Assembly: GCA_965233585.1 (NCBI GenBank)
Contig: CBDDTI010000745.1
Coordinates: 288,001 to 352,000 of the forward strand
Length of the DNA: 64,000 bases
Source: a bacterium
GTDB lineage: Bacteria > SAR324 > NAC60-12
Direction of reading: 5' to 3'
Shown here in pieces: positions 31,439 through 41,044 of this stretch. The first letter of the stretch is position 1. Every line of letters begins with the position of its first letter. Made by a program: the position numbers and the translations under genes. The notes under the pieces were generated by a model. That model searched no databases and was not told the origin of the DNA. It worked only from the letters and a program-made list of their open reading frames with translations.

Positions 31439-31763
31439 TTTTTAAAAATCATTGAATACATCACAGGCGAACGTTTTCAAGCTGCAAAAGTTTTTTGTAG
31501 CCCAAATTCATAGAACGGGGGTTAAACAAACAGCAACTTTAGCAGTCTTGCAATCCTCATCAACTCCTACAACTCCCCAAATTTGAACGTTCTTGACATG
31601 TCGTGTTACAATGCACGCTACTTTGAGAATTGATTTTTTGCTTTGGACGGGTTTTTTCCTTTTTGAGACTTCCTGCCCTTGAGCTTTGAATTTCAATTTT
31701 TCAAGTCTGTTGGAACTGGAGCGGTTTCAGTTTCATTTAAATCATCATTATTAGGAGTCTATT

Positions 31764-32920
31764 ATGCCAAGTGTCATGTTATCAGAAAATCTTCTGTCAG
31801 GGGGGGGGCTTTTTCTTACAAGCCATATTTAGCTTTGGGATTTGCCTTTTTGTTGGCTTGTACGCCACCAGCAGAAGAAAGTGAAGAGTCAGAGAGGACC
31901 AAAGCCTCGTGTGGGGTTTCTGCCAGCGGTAATGTTCAAGTGGGGTCTGAATACACTGCTGACTTGAGCTGTCAGTTGCCCGGTATTTATCAGGGAAAGA
32001 AGCTACAAATTATCTATGGAGAGAATGTTAATTCTTTGAAATTGGTTGTTGGTGAAGAAGAACAAGAGGGGCAAAATGGTAAAATCGTCTATAAATTACC
32101 TGCAAAACCTACCTTTGACGCCAAAGTGAAATTGACTGCCTCAACTGCAGGCGCAGACCAGTTGTCTTTTAGGATTTTGTCTGCCAAATCCAAGTGGGAA
32201 TACACCGCAGTTCAAGCAGGTTCATCTGCCCCAGCACCTTCTCTGGGTGCGAGTGTGACCGCTAGCTCTTTTGATTCCATGAAAGACAGCAACAACAAAA
32301 CTTACACGCGGGGAATCTTAAAGTTAGGAACAGCACATGCAGTCTCCAGTCATGACACACTTGGGGCATGTTCCACCACAGCAGGAACGGTGTTGATTTC
32401 ATCAGATAACTTTGTGAATTGTGAAGCAGTGCATAAGTACGTACCTGTTTTTGATAGCTTTCTGGTTCCAAAAGCAGAGTGGAAACCTTCTACCACTTAC
32501 AAAATTGGTGTCCGTTTGAGTGATGGCAACGTCTCTAAATTTCAAAAATCTGGGGTAGATGTCTCCTTTACAACCAATGATTTAACTCATGACACTTCTG
32601 GTACGTTAAGCTTAGGTTCACCCTCCACCTTGCGATTAAAAGCAAGTGGAAAGTATCAGATTGTTACCTCTTACTCAAATATAAACGATGTTGTCACATG
32701 GAATATGATAAAAGACAGATGTCCTAGACAGTACTCTGGCTATCAAAATCTTAATGGTGAAAAAATGAGACTTGACACAACTTATGTGAGAGCGAACCAA
32801 GTCAATGCTTTCCCTAGTTCTGGGCAATATAGAGTTTATGTGAATAGAGACACAACTAAGCTCATCACGACAGGTGTAGTCCACTTGTTTTGCACTATCA
32901 ATCTCTCCCCTCGTCCCTGA
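31764..32920 (+). CDS. Surface lipoprotein, frameshifted at a G9 tract (candidate phase-OFF state)
   Basis: RBS TAGGAG then ATG 31764, which is out of frame with the LLAC lipobox ORF; one extra G in 31800-31808 restores the frame. Confidence 0.7.
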
Positions 32921-33132
32921 TATTCCTTTCTCCGCTTCACAATTTCTTTTCCAAACGGGAGTGTCATGCTCCTGTTGGTTCACTCTCTGTCTGCCCTGAT
33001 ACTTTGCCGATTTTGAAAATCTTTGATTCTTTAGCAAGAACGTTGTATCTTTGATGGCTTGTTCTCATGGATTCAAGTGAGAATTTTGGAATCAATCATT
33101 TTTTTAAAATCAATCATTTAGGAGTTTAGTCT

Positions 33133-34659
33133 ATGATTCAGTTAACAGGACATTCGTTGGTCAATGCCCAAGAGGTTGCAGGTTCTTCAGAAACCTTTCA
33201 TTCAGTCAATCCCGCCACTCAGGAGGCTCTCAATCCCCCTATTTTTCAAAGTACTTCTCAAACAGTAGATGAGGCAGTAGAAGTTGCACAAAAAGCATTT
33301 GTTGCATACTGTGAACAACCTTTGAGCCAGAGAGCAGATTTTTTGGAAAAAATTGCAAGAAGTCTTGAAGCTCATGCAGACCAGATTGTCCAAGTGGCAA
33401 TGAGTGAAAGCGGATTACCTGAAGTTCGTATGCGGGGAGAACTTGGTCGCACCTGCGGACAGCTTCGTTTATTTGCCCAAATTGTCAAAGATGGTCAATT
33501 TCTTGGAACTTGTGTGGAACATGCACAGCCTGAACGCAAACCATTACCCAAGCCAGATTTGAGACTGCTGAACATTCCGCTTGGCGTGGTCAGTGTGTTT
33601 GGTGCTTCAAACTTTCCTCTTGCTTTTTCAACAGCTGGTGGCGACACAGCTTCTGCTTTAGCTGCAGGTTGCCCTGTCATCGTGCGTTCTCACCCTCTGC
33701 ATGCTTTGACAAGCGAGCTTGTTGGACGTTGCATTCAAAATGCCGCAAAAGATTCTGGAATCCCTGCAGGAGTCTTCGCTTTGGTTCAAGGACAAGACCA
33801 TGCCATCAGCAGACGTTGCGTTCAACACCCTGCTGTCCAAGCTGTTGGGTTCACAGGTTCATTGAAAGTGGGAAGAATGCTATTTGACCTTGCGACCCAA
33901 CGTCCCAATCCCATTCCCTTTTACGGAGAATTTGGGTCAGTCAATCCTGTTGTGCTGTTGCCTGATGCGCTGCAAAAACGAGGCACAGCCATTGGAGAGG
34001 GTTTTTGTCAGGCATTGACGATGGGTGCTGGGCAATTTTGCACCAACCCTGGCGTGGTTTTGGCAGTCAAAGGCAAAGATTTAGATACGTTTGTGAATGC
34101 CCTTTTACAATCTGCAGACCAAGCCAAAGACCAGACCATGCTTTCGCAAGGAATCCATCAGTCTTACTGCAAAGGGGTTCAGTATCTGACAGAACATGAT
34201 GCCGTTCAAAATTTAAAAACAGACTCATCTGTTGCCAACTCTGCAAACGTTGCCGTCTTTAAAACGTCTGCCTCTGCTTTTTTGCAGGATTCAAAACTGT
34301 CTGATGAAGTGTTTGGACCTTGTTGTTTGATTGTAGAATGTGATGATTTGCCTCAACTTCAAAACTGCTTAGAGTCTTTTGATGGTCAGTTGACGGCAAC
34401 CCTTCACTGTGAAGAAGCTGATTTTGCAATCGCCAAAGAGTTGATGCCCCTTTTGACGCCCCGTGTCGGACGGATTTTATTCAATGGATTCCCCACAGGT
34501 GTTGAAGTCACCCATGCCATGATGCACGGAGGACCTTACCCTGCCAGTTCTGACGTTCGTGGCACTTCTGTTGGGTCAAAAGCGATTGAAAGATTCCTAA
34601 GACCTCTCTGCTTTCAAAACACACCTAAGGCTTTGCTTCCTGAAATCCTTTGCGATTAG
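33133..34659 (+). CDS. NADP-dependent aldehyde dehydrogenase (2,5-dioxovalerate / alpha-KGSA dehydrogenase type)
   Basis: FGASNFPLAFS.AGGDTASALAAG, GFTGS, GQFCTNPG, EVFGP, HGGPYPA. Confidence 0.92.
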   Translation: MIQLTGHSLVNAQEVAGSSETFHSVNPATQEALNPPIFQSTSQTVDEAVEVAQKAFVAYCEQPLSQRADFLEKIARSLEAHADQIVQVAMSESGLPEVRMRGELGRTCGQLRLFAQIVKDGQFLGTCVEHAQPERKPLPKPDLRLLNIPLGVVSVFGASNFPLAFSTAGGDTASALAAGCPVIVRSHPLHALTSELVGRCIQNAAKDSGIPAGVFALVQGQDHAISRRCVQHPAVQAVGFTGSLKVGRMLFDLATQRPNPIPFYGEFGSVNPVVLLPDALQKRGTAIGEGFCQALTMGAGQFCTNPGVVLAVKGKDLDTFVNALLQSADQAKDQTMLSQGIHQSYCKGVQYLTEHDAVQNLKTDSSVANSANVAVFKTSASAFLQDSKLSDEVFGPCCLIVECDDLPQLQNCLESFDGQLTATLHCEEADFAIAKELMPLLTPRVGRILFNGFPTGVEVTHAMMHGGPYPASSDVRGTSVGSKAIERFLRPLCFQNTPKALLPEILCD

Positions 34660-34682
34660 ATTAAAAACTGGGGCATTCCAAA

Positions 34683-34823
34683 GCGAAACCGACTTATTTT
34701 GTGCCGCAGTCTTAACAAGGCTTGTTAGTCAAGGATTCAATCAGTTCTAAATTCAAAAGCTAGCACGGCACAAAAGCCTTGAGATGACACGGGGCTATGT
34801 GGAGGCAAACCAAGTCGGTTTGC
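34683..34823. other. Structured element (nested inverted repeats); ncRNA or degenerate attC-like site
   Basis: AAACCGACTT/AAGTCGGTTT, TTTTGTGCCG/CGGCACAAAA and TAACAAG/CTTGTTA pairings. Confidence 0.55.
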
Positions 34824-34842
34824 AAGAGCTGGTGGAGGGGCT

Positions 34843-35106
34843 TTAGTGCTTTTTTCTTTTTTCATTGAGAACAATAAACAAGCAAAAAAACGCACAATCT
34901 AGTAAAGTTGTCATCAAGATAATTGAATACATGCTAATCTCTGTGATAGTAGTAAAAAGTGATCAAAAAACCAGATGACAACTAAGTAAACCAAAAAATT
35001 CACCTGGTCGTTCTTCTAATGAGGAAATTCCTTGCATATCGTATCCTACTAGATAGCCTAGTCCAACTAAACTTAAACTTAAATAAATCAATAAAAGTTC
35101 TTTCAT
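34843..35106 (-). pseudogene. Small multi-TM membrane protein with in-frame TGA
   Basis: MKELLLIYLSLSLVGLGYLVG..LVF*SLFTT..CLFIVLNEKRKKH; the hydrophobic frame continues past TGA at 34963-34965. Confidence 0.5.
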
Positions 35107-35235
35107 AAGTTAATGGCATTAGCATAGTTGAGATTTGTCAAAAAAAAGCGATTGAAAGATTCCTAAGACCCATCTGCTTTCAAAATACACCTAAGGCTTT
35201 GCTTCCCGAAATCCTTTGCGATTAAGTTAGAAAGC

Positions 35236-35319
35236 AGATTGCGGGTCAAGGTGAGCAGTGACTTGCGTCAGTTAAAAAGTGACTAGGATAAGAAGATTGC
35301 GGGTCAAGCCCGCAATGAC
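35236..35319. repeat. Two REP-like palindromes
   Basis: AGATTGCGGGTCAAGGTGAGCAGTGAC and AGATTGCGGGTCAAGCCCGCAATGAC. Confidence 0.75.
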
Positions 35320-35404
35320 TAATGACTTGTGTCAGTTCAAAAGGTAAGAATCGCTTGCTAGGTTTTGTCTAGCATTTTTCTAGCAAGTAGATTTTTTGGG
35401 AGGG

Positions 35405-37819
35405 TTACTTTTTCTTCTTAGCTTCGTAATAAGACTGCAACATCTGATTCATCAATTCTGTATGGGCATCAGTGTCTAAAGAGCCTTCTTTGGAGACCGT
35501 TTTCCAGACGTCATCGTTGAGCATTTCACGATGACAACCCATACAAAGTCCCGTGCGTTCCATTCCTTTTCTCTCCTCTTCATTCAAAGCACGGCTTAAA
35601 GGCCAGTGAGACCCAACGGTAGCAAGTTGCTGATTCTTCTGTTTGTCAATGATGGCAGACCAGTCAAAGGTGAGTTTAGGAATTTTAGCAATTTGGATTT
35701 GGTAATTTTTAGGAATTGGCTCACCCGTTCTTTGGTCTATCAAATCCTCTACAATATCCCGTGAATATTGATTTTGGAAGACACCGCCACCGATGCCATA
35801 GCCAAGTGCTTTGGGGTTATTGTGGCAACTTTCACAAGACCTTGCCTTGCGTTGCATGGAGTGCGGTTGAACTGGCGCCATATCAATTCCCAAAGTCGGT
35901 TCTGTTTGTCCATAAGCCAGTGCTTCATCTGTGACGCTCGCAATCATGTTGTTCACTAACACCTTGCCATCTCGTCCAATGACAGTGAAAAGGACTTGAC
36001 AGCCGGGCATGAGCGGAGTCACACGTCCTTCTCCATTGATTCCAAGCACGGGGTCTTCCCAACGCAAATAAGACCGCCCTTCAATCGCTTTGCCCAAACT
36101 TTGAATGCCTTTGGTGCCAAGGTGCGATTCCATCGTTTGCCCATCAGGAAAGACCTTGCTACCTGATGCAATCCAGTCTGTATCGCTGGCGCCTTTGGAA
36201 TAGTCCATCGTGACGTGGCAACCATAACATTGTGGCGCCCAAGAGGCATGGCAAGTGTAGCATTCTAGCTTGTCATTGTGTTTTCGGACGCTAGACATGG
36301 CAACCATAGCATTTTCACTTTTCCATGTGTCATTCTTCTTGATTGTTTTGAGTACAGGGATTTGAAAGTCATTGCCTGTGGCAGAATGGAGAATCACCTT
36401 TTCACCATCTTTGACAACATTCCCTAAAGGATTCCCTCTGGCACTTAGCAAATAGCCTTCTTTTTTCTCATAAACGGTACCAAAAAGTAGTGTTTCTAAA
36501 GGGGGTTGCTCTGCCAATCCGCGTGGGGTTTTGGGCAGTGTTTTGCCAAATTCTTCACTGTATCCCAAGGGCAGTTCCCAAGGGTATTGGTCTGTTGTTC
36601 CGTGGCAGTCTTGGCATTCAATCTCCACTTGGGCAAGGGTTGTTCCAAAAATATTGCCGTCTCCGTGCATGTCAATAGAAGTGTGGCAGTCTTGGCAAAG
36701 CAGTCCGCCTCTTGGGTTTTCAGGTCGGCTTTCCAGTTGATGATGCAGGTCATCAGAAATGAACAAATATTGCTTGGTGTGCAATTTAGGTTGCTTCTTA
36801 CCTTGGGCATTAAATGGTGTTCCGTAGGGGAACTCCATGAGTCCTTGATAGGTCACACCAATCCGCTTGCCTCTGTTGTGGCATGAATTACAAGTTTCAA
36901 CAGGAATCCCGCCTGCCTCTCGTGTTCCGTAGATTTTGTGTGTGAGCAAATGCCCTTTTTCTTTTTTGTCAATGGTGGGGTCTGAACCCTCATAAAGTCC
37001 CTCGTTTCCATAGAGAACATGGCATGCAGAACAACCCATTCCGCGATAGTCTCCCCTCTTTTCACGACCTCTGACAGCCACATGACAACGTTGGCATTGT
37101 TGCCTTTGGTAAGTGAATCCTGCCAGTTGGGGATTGGCTTCTATTTCTTCAACAGTGGGGTGAGGGATTTGCTCTAACTGGTCAGGGATTTGTTTGGGGA
37201 AGGCTTTTTTAAGTTGTTCTGCATAATCTTTGTAGGCTTCTGTTCCGACCATGGGTCTTGGTCCGTCTGTGTCTTGCACATCATAGTTTCCCCAAGGGAC
37301 ATTGTAGTCTTGAACCTCTTCAACGCCCCATGTATGCAGGTTTCCTTGTATTTTTCCTGCCTCTGTGTTCATCAAGGCACGTTGCAAGCGGTAAACATAA
37401 CCTGTGTGGCACTGCCCGCAGGTTTTTTCTGCAATATGGATACTGCCCGGGTCACGATAAAAAGTGGTTGGTCCGTTGATTTGAATCATCGCTTCTGGTG
37501 AACCTTCATGTGCTTTCTGATAGTCTGTGGCTTGTGGATTCCCCCCATGACACACGACGCAGCCCCCTGGATCCCCTGCAATTTGACCTCTGGCAACAAT
37601 CTGAATCATCATCAGGCTTTGTGGGTCACGTATGCTTTCAATGCCCTGATGACAGCTCAAGCAACCTTTTTCTTGAGCTTCAGACAAACTCACTGTTTTA
37701 AGAGGTCCGTCATATTCTTTTTTGACAATTTCAGGAACTTTGTAAATGGGAGAGGCATTGACAAGGCTCATTAGCCCAAGCATCAAAAACAAACCCAAAT
37801 AAAATGTTAGGATTTTCAT
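35405..37819 (-). CDS. Large multiheme cytochrome c (12 CxxCH)
   Basis: Signal peptide; CLSCH, CVVCH, CGQCH, CQRCH, CSACH, CNSCH, CQDCH x2, CYTCH, CYGCH, CESCH, CMGCH. Confidence 0.9.
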   Translation of the reverse strand: MKILTFYLGLFLMLGLMSLVNASPIYKVPEIVKKEYDGPLKTVSLSEAQEKGCLSCHQGIESIRDPQSLMMIQIVARGQIAGDPGGCVVCHGGNPQATDYQKAHEGSPEAMIQINGPTTFYRDPGSIHIAEKTCGQCHTGYVYRLQRALMNTEAGKIQGNLHTWGVEEVQDYNVPWGNYDVQDTDGPRPMVGTEAYKDYAEQLKKAFPKQIPDQLEQIPHPTVEEIEANPQLAGFTYQRQQCQRCHVAVRGREKRGDYRGMGCSACHVLYGNEGLYEGSDPTIDKKEKGHLLTHKIYGTREAGGIPVETCNSCHNRGKRIGVTYQGLMEFPYGTPFNAQGKKQPKLHTKQYLFISDDLHHQLESRPENPRGGLLCQDCHTSIDMHGDGNIFGTTLAQVEIECQDCHGTTDQYPWELPLGYSEEFGKTLPKTPRGLAEQPPLETLLFGTVYEKKEGYLLSARGNPLGNVVKDGEKVILHSATGNDFQIPVLKTIKKNDTWKSENAMVAMSSVRKHNDKLECYTCHASWAPQCYGCHVTMDYSKGASDTDWIASGSKVFPDGQTMESHLGTKGIQSLGKAIEGRSYLRWEDPVLGINGEGRVTPLMPGCQVLFTVIGRDGKVLVNNMIASVTDEALAYGQTEPTLGIDMAPVQPHSMQRKARSCESCHNNPKALGYGIGGGVFQNQYSRDIVEDLIDQRTGEPIPKNYQIQIAKIPKLTFDWSAIIDKQKNQQLATVGSHWPLSRALNEEERKGMERTGLCMGCHREMLNDDVWKTVSKEGSLDTDAHTELMNQMLQSYYEAKKKK

Positions 37820-37893
37820 TGCATTAATTGACCATGAAGGTTCACAGAAAGTTGACAGAAAACGGCTAGACTGACCAGCCCCCGATTGGAAAC

Positions 37894-38044
37894 CACAATC
37901 ATTTTTTTGTTAGAAAAATGAAAGACGTGAGACTCTACTTGACCTTGATTTAAATGTCAAGAATTTTTTGCCGAAATCACAATCATTTTTTTGTTAGAAA
38001 AACAAAAGACGTGAGACTCTACTTGACCTTGATTTAAATGTCAA
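37894..38044 (-). promoter_or_regulatory. Tandemly duplicated 67-bp sigma70 promoter block
   Basis: 37894..37960 and 37978..38044 are near-identical; each reads TTGACA-17 nt-TAGAGT on the minus strand toward the cytochrome gene. Confidence 0.7.
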
Positions 38045-38101
38045 ATCTTTTTTTATCAGACTTCTTTTTTGAGGCTTGGAGGCTGGCTAACTTCAACGTG
38101 G

Positions 38102-39289
38102 CTAGTGTGGCTTGGGTTTTGGGATTTTGATTTGGAATGTGGCAAGTGCAATCAAGGCAGCAATCGCCAGCAAGATGACATTAGTCCCAAACCAGCCCAC
38201 AGAGTACAAGGCAACACCTGCCCCAAATCCTGCAAAACCTGAACATGAGAACACACAAGCATCATTGAATCCTTGAATCTTCAAACGTTCTTCAGGTTTT
38301 AAAAGTTGAGTTAAGGCAGTGGAAGCTGTCACGTAAAGTGCTGACCAGCCGACACCAAGTAAAACCAATGCCAGCACCATTGCTGAATAAGAATGCCCTA
38401 GAAACAAATTGCTATAAAACACGCCAACATAATTCAACACGCCAATCCCCAAGACAAGACGCACTCCCAGCTTGGAGATGATGAATCCCATGAAAAGACT
38501 GGGGACAGACATTCCCAACACATGATAACCAATGGCTTCGTTGCTATGTTGCAAAGCAAGACCTTGTTCTTGCATCAAAAGAGGGGTGGCAGTCATCAAA
38601 AAGGTCATACCTCCATACGCCAGTGCGGCAATGAAGATGGCAGGCTTGACGCCCTGTTTTTTGAGCAAAGACAAATCAATTCTCTTGTCAGCAATTTCCC
38701 CGGTTTTGGTGGGAATTTGAAAGGAGAGTAAGATCAAAAGAGAAATGGACAAAATCCCAACAAACGTGGCATAGAGCCAAATGTAGTTTTCCAACACATC
38801 ACCACTGCCAAAGGATTCCATCACCCAGCTAGACAAAGGTGCAGCACCCAACGCACCCACCACAGGCATTGCCACAACCAAAGACAACGCAACTGGTTTT
38901 TGTTCAGCTGCCACCGTGTCAGTTGCGATGAAACGCATTTGATGAAAGCCTGCCATAGAAACCCCCGTAAAGACCACACCCATTAACAAGAGGGGAAAGG
39001 ACAAATAAATCGCAGACAGCAAACAGATGATGCCCCCCGTCAAGCCAAGACTTTGAGTGATAAACAAGCCTTGACGAACCCCATACTGCATCAAGATTTT
39101 AGACACTGGAATTGCCCCCAACATGATAGCTGTGTACTGCACACCCATTGGCAAGGTTGACAATGCACCTGCCCCTTGTTCCACTGCCAAGCGACCTGCT
39201 GACATCACCAAATAAATTGGCGTAAAGCTCGCCACTGCACATAAACTACACATGACTATCAAACCTTGATAGTTCTTGAAAAATGACAT
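38102..39289 (-). CDS. MFS transporter
   Basis: About 12 TMs; RF.A.D, M.ATPL.M, H..GM..PS.F.G.II, QG.ND motifs. Confidence 0.88.
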   Translation of the reverse strand: MSFFKNYQGLIVMCSLCAVASFTPIYLVMSAGRLAVEQGAGALSTLPMGVQYTAIMLGAIPVSKILMQYGVRQGLFITQSLGLTGGIICLLSAIYLSFPLLLMGVVFTGVSMAGFHQMRFIATDTVAAEQKPVALSLVVAMPVVGALGAAPLSSWVMESFGSGDVLENYIWLYATFVGILSISLLILLSFQIPTKTGEIADKRIDLSLLKKQGVKPAIFIAALAYGGMTFLMTATPLLMQEQGLALQHSNEAIGYHVLGMSVPSLFMGFIISKLGVRLVLGIGVLNYVGVFYSNLFLGHSYSAMVLALVLLGVGWSALYVTASTALTQLLKPEERLKIQGFNDACVFSCSGFAGFGAGVALYSVGWFGTNVILLAIAALIALATFQIKIPKPKPH

Positions 39290-39400
39290 CGGATTTTTAC
39301 CTTTGGTTTTAACCTTAGAAATTGACTGCTGACAGACCTGAAAACTTTTGATGAGACCTTGAAGCTGGTACTTGAATGATGGGACGCCTTTGAGATAAGA

Positions 39401-39703
39401 CTAAAAAGAACGAGAATGTCTATTGTTATAAATTTCTGTGAGCATGACTTTGCTTTCTTTCTCAAAAAATTCCATGTATAAAATAAATTTTTGAGTCTTG
39501 GGAGGAATAAAAATCCTAAAAAAGTGATCAGTTCCAATCTTTAACCACTTTTCTGAATCAAATTTTAATTCTTGTACAGTTTTATTTTGGTATGTTTCTC
39601 TAAATTCCTTGTAGGCTTTTTTGGCTTCTGACTGATTGTTTAATTGCTTGCATTTTTCCAAAAAAAGACTGTGCAATTCAAAATAAATCACGACTCCAAC
39701 CAC
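39401..39703 (-). CDS. Hypothetical protein
   Basis: 100-aa AT-rich ORF overlapping the upstream ORF end. Confidence 0.45.
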   Translation of the reverse strand: MVGVVIYFELHSLFLEKCKQLNNQSEAKKAYKEFRETYQNKTVQELKFDSEKWLKIGTDHFFRIFIPPKTQKFILYMEFFEKESKVMLTEIYNNRHSRSF

Positions 39704-40248
39704 TCCTCAAATTTCAGTTTCTGCTCTTCATTTGCACACTGCTTGAGCTTGTCTTCATCTGACAATTTTGAAAACTGATAACGCCATAAAGTCTGCTCTG
39801 CCTCCTGTGCCACTTGTGGCTGGTCTTCTTTGTTGTAATACACAAACTCCACATGTTTCAAACTTTGTGGGTCAATGACAAAGATGTCGGTGCTTTCTGT
39901 CCAACTGGCATGACTTTTCAGCAGAATCCAATCTTGATTGGGAATGAATTGATGAAGAATGCCAACTTGTTCAGGTGTAGCAGGAAGGCTGATGTGTTGG
40001 TCGTTGGCTAATTTGAGGTGAACTTGACGTGCTTGGTCTCCTGTGATTCCTGTCACTCTTGCAAAGAGTTCAAGCTCTCCTGATTGATACAAAGTTGGTT
40101 CTTGCCCCTCTTTTTCTATCACCAACACACCGTTTTTTTGTTTTTTAAACTCAACGAGCTTTTGGTATGCTTCGTCCAGCCCTTTGATGATTTTATTTCT
40201 GAATTCAATGTGTTCTTTTTGATTCATTTTTTTCTTCTCTCCATTCAA
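39688..40248 (-). CDS. Hypothetical protein
   Basis: 186-aa ORF; probable start at MNQKEH. Confidence 0.6.
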   Translation of the reverse strand: MNGEKKKMNQKEHIEFRNKIIKGLDEAYQKLVEFKKQKNGVLVIEKEGQEPTLYQSGELELFARVTGITGDQARQVHLKLANDQHISLPATPEQVGILHQFIPNQDWILLKSHASWTESTDIFVIDPQSLKHVEFVYYNKEDQPQVAQEAEQTLWRYQFSKLSDEDKLKQCANEEQKLKFEEWLES

Positions 40249-40348
40249 AAGGAATTTCCTTTAAACTCATCACTCCATTCCAAAAGGATTAAGCATTCCT
40301 CATACTAACCAAAAACTAGTCAAAGTCCAATGCTTTTCTGGATTTCGT

Positions 40349-41044
40349 TCAATCTTCTGCTTTCACCCCCTCCACAAATCTAATCTCCTCCTCACTTAAA
40401 CCATACAAAGCAAAAACCAGCTCATCTATTGCCTGCTCTTCTGTCGTCGTATCTTGTCCGTTTTGCTTTTTCTGTAAAATCATATCTACTAAATCGGTAA
40501 ACGGTTTTTGTTCTTCTTCTGTGAGTTCGGGAATGGGGATTTGTTCAACATACTGTTTTTTCCATTCAAAAGCATTGCCCAATGGAATACCTGATAATTG
40601 TCCAAAATACCAATTAAAAATTTTACTATTCATTTGACACAGTAAAAATTTGATATTGTGATTATTGCTAGTCATTAAATTTGATGGGGCATTTATAAAT
40701 ACCCCTTCTTTTCCATAAGAAAAATTCGCTTCATAATTTATATTTTCCCAAACAATTTTTGGTTTATAAAAATCGCTCCAATAACTTATGCTATCTTGTG
40801 TTTCAAACCATTGATTCGTTGTTTTCTTGCGTGTTCCTTTTTCTCCTATTTGGTGAAGTCTTTTCCCAAAACCTGCTAAATAATTTTTCAGTGCTGGGTA
40901 GTCATCAATATTTAAATTTAGAGCTGGGAAAGTCCCAATCACCCAAAGCCCCGCCCAATTTGCTTGATACTTTTTAATGTCCTTTCCTCTTAAAATGGGT
41001 TTGATGAGTGCTTTGGTTCGTTCGTATTCATTCCCCTCTAGTAG
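40349..41044 (-). pseudogene. C-terminal fragment of a type IIG/Eco57I-like restriction-modification enzyme (TaqI-C-like specificity region), truncated at IS1
   Basis: IKPILRGKDIKKY, YPALKNYL, WFETQD.I.YW.DF.KPKIVW, NSK.F.WY, IPIP, IDELVF.LYGLS.EEI; 5' part missing. Confidence 0.82.

Larger units (their letters stand above)
34578..35224 (+). repeat. ~81-bp direct repeat (34578..34658 / 35144..35224) duplicating the 3' end of the aldehyde dehydrogenase gene
   Basis: AAAAGCGATTGAAAGATTCCTAAGACC...GAAATCCTTTGCGATTA occurs twice, 566 nt apart, with 4 mismatches. Confidence 0.9.

Noticed and set aside
34683..34823. Retron msr-msd
   Set aside because: Outer inverted repeats fit superficially, but there is no adjacent reverse transcriptase.
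34963..34965. Selenocysteine codon in the small membrane ORF
   Set aside because: No SECIS-like hairpin immediately 3' of the TGA and no redox motif context.
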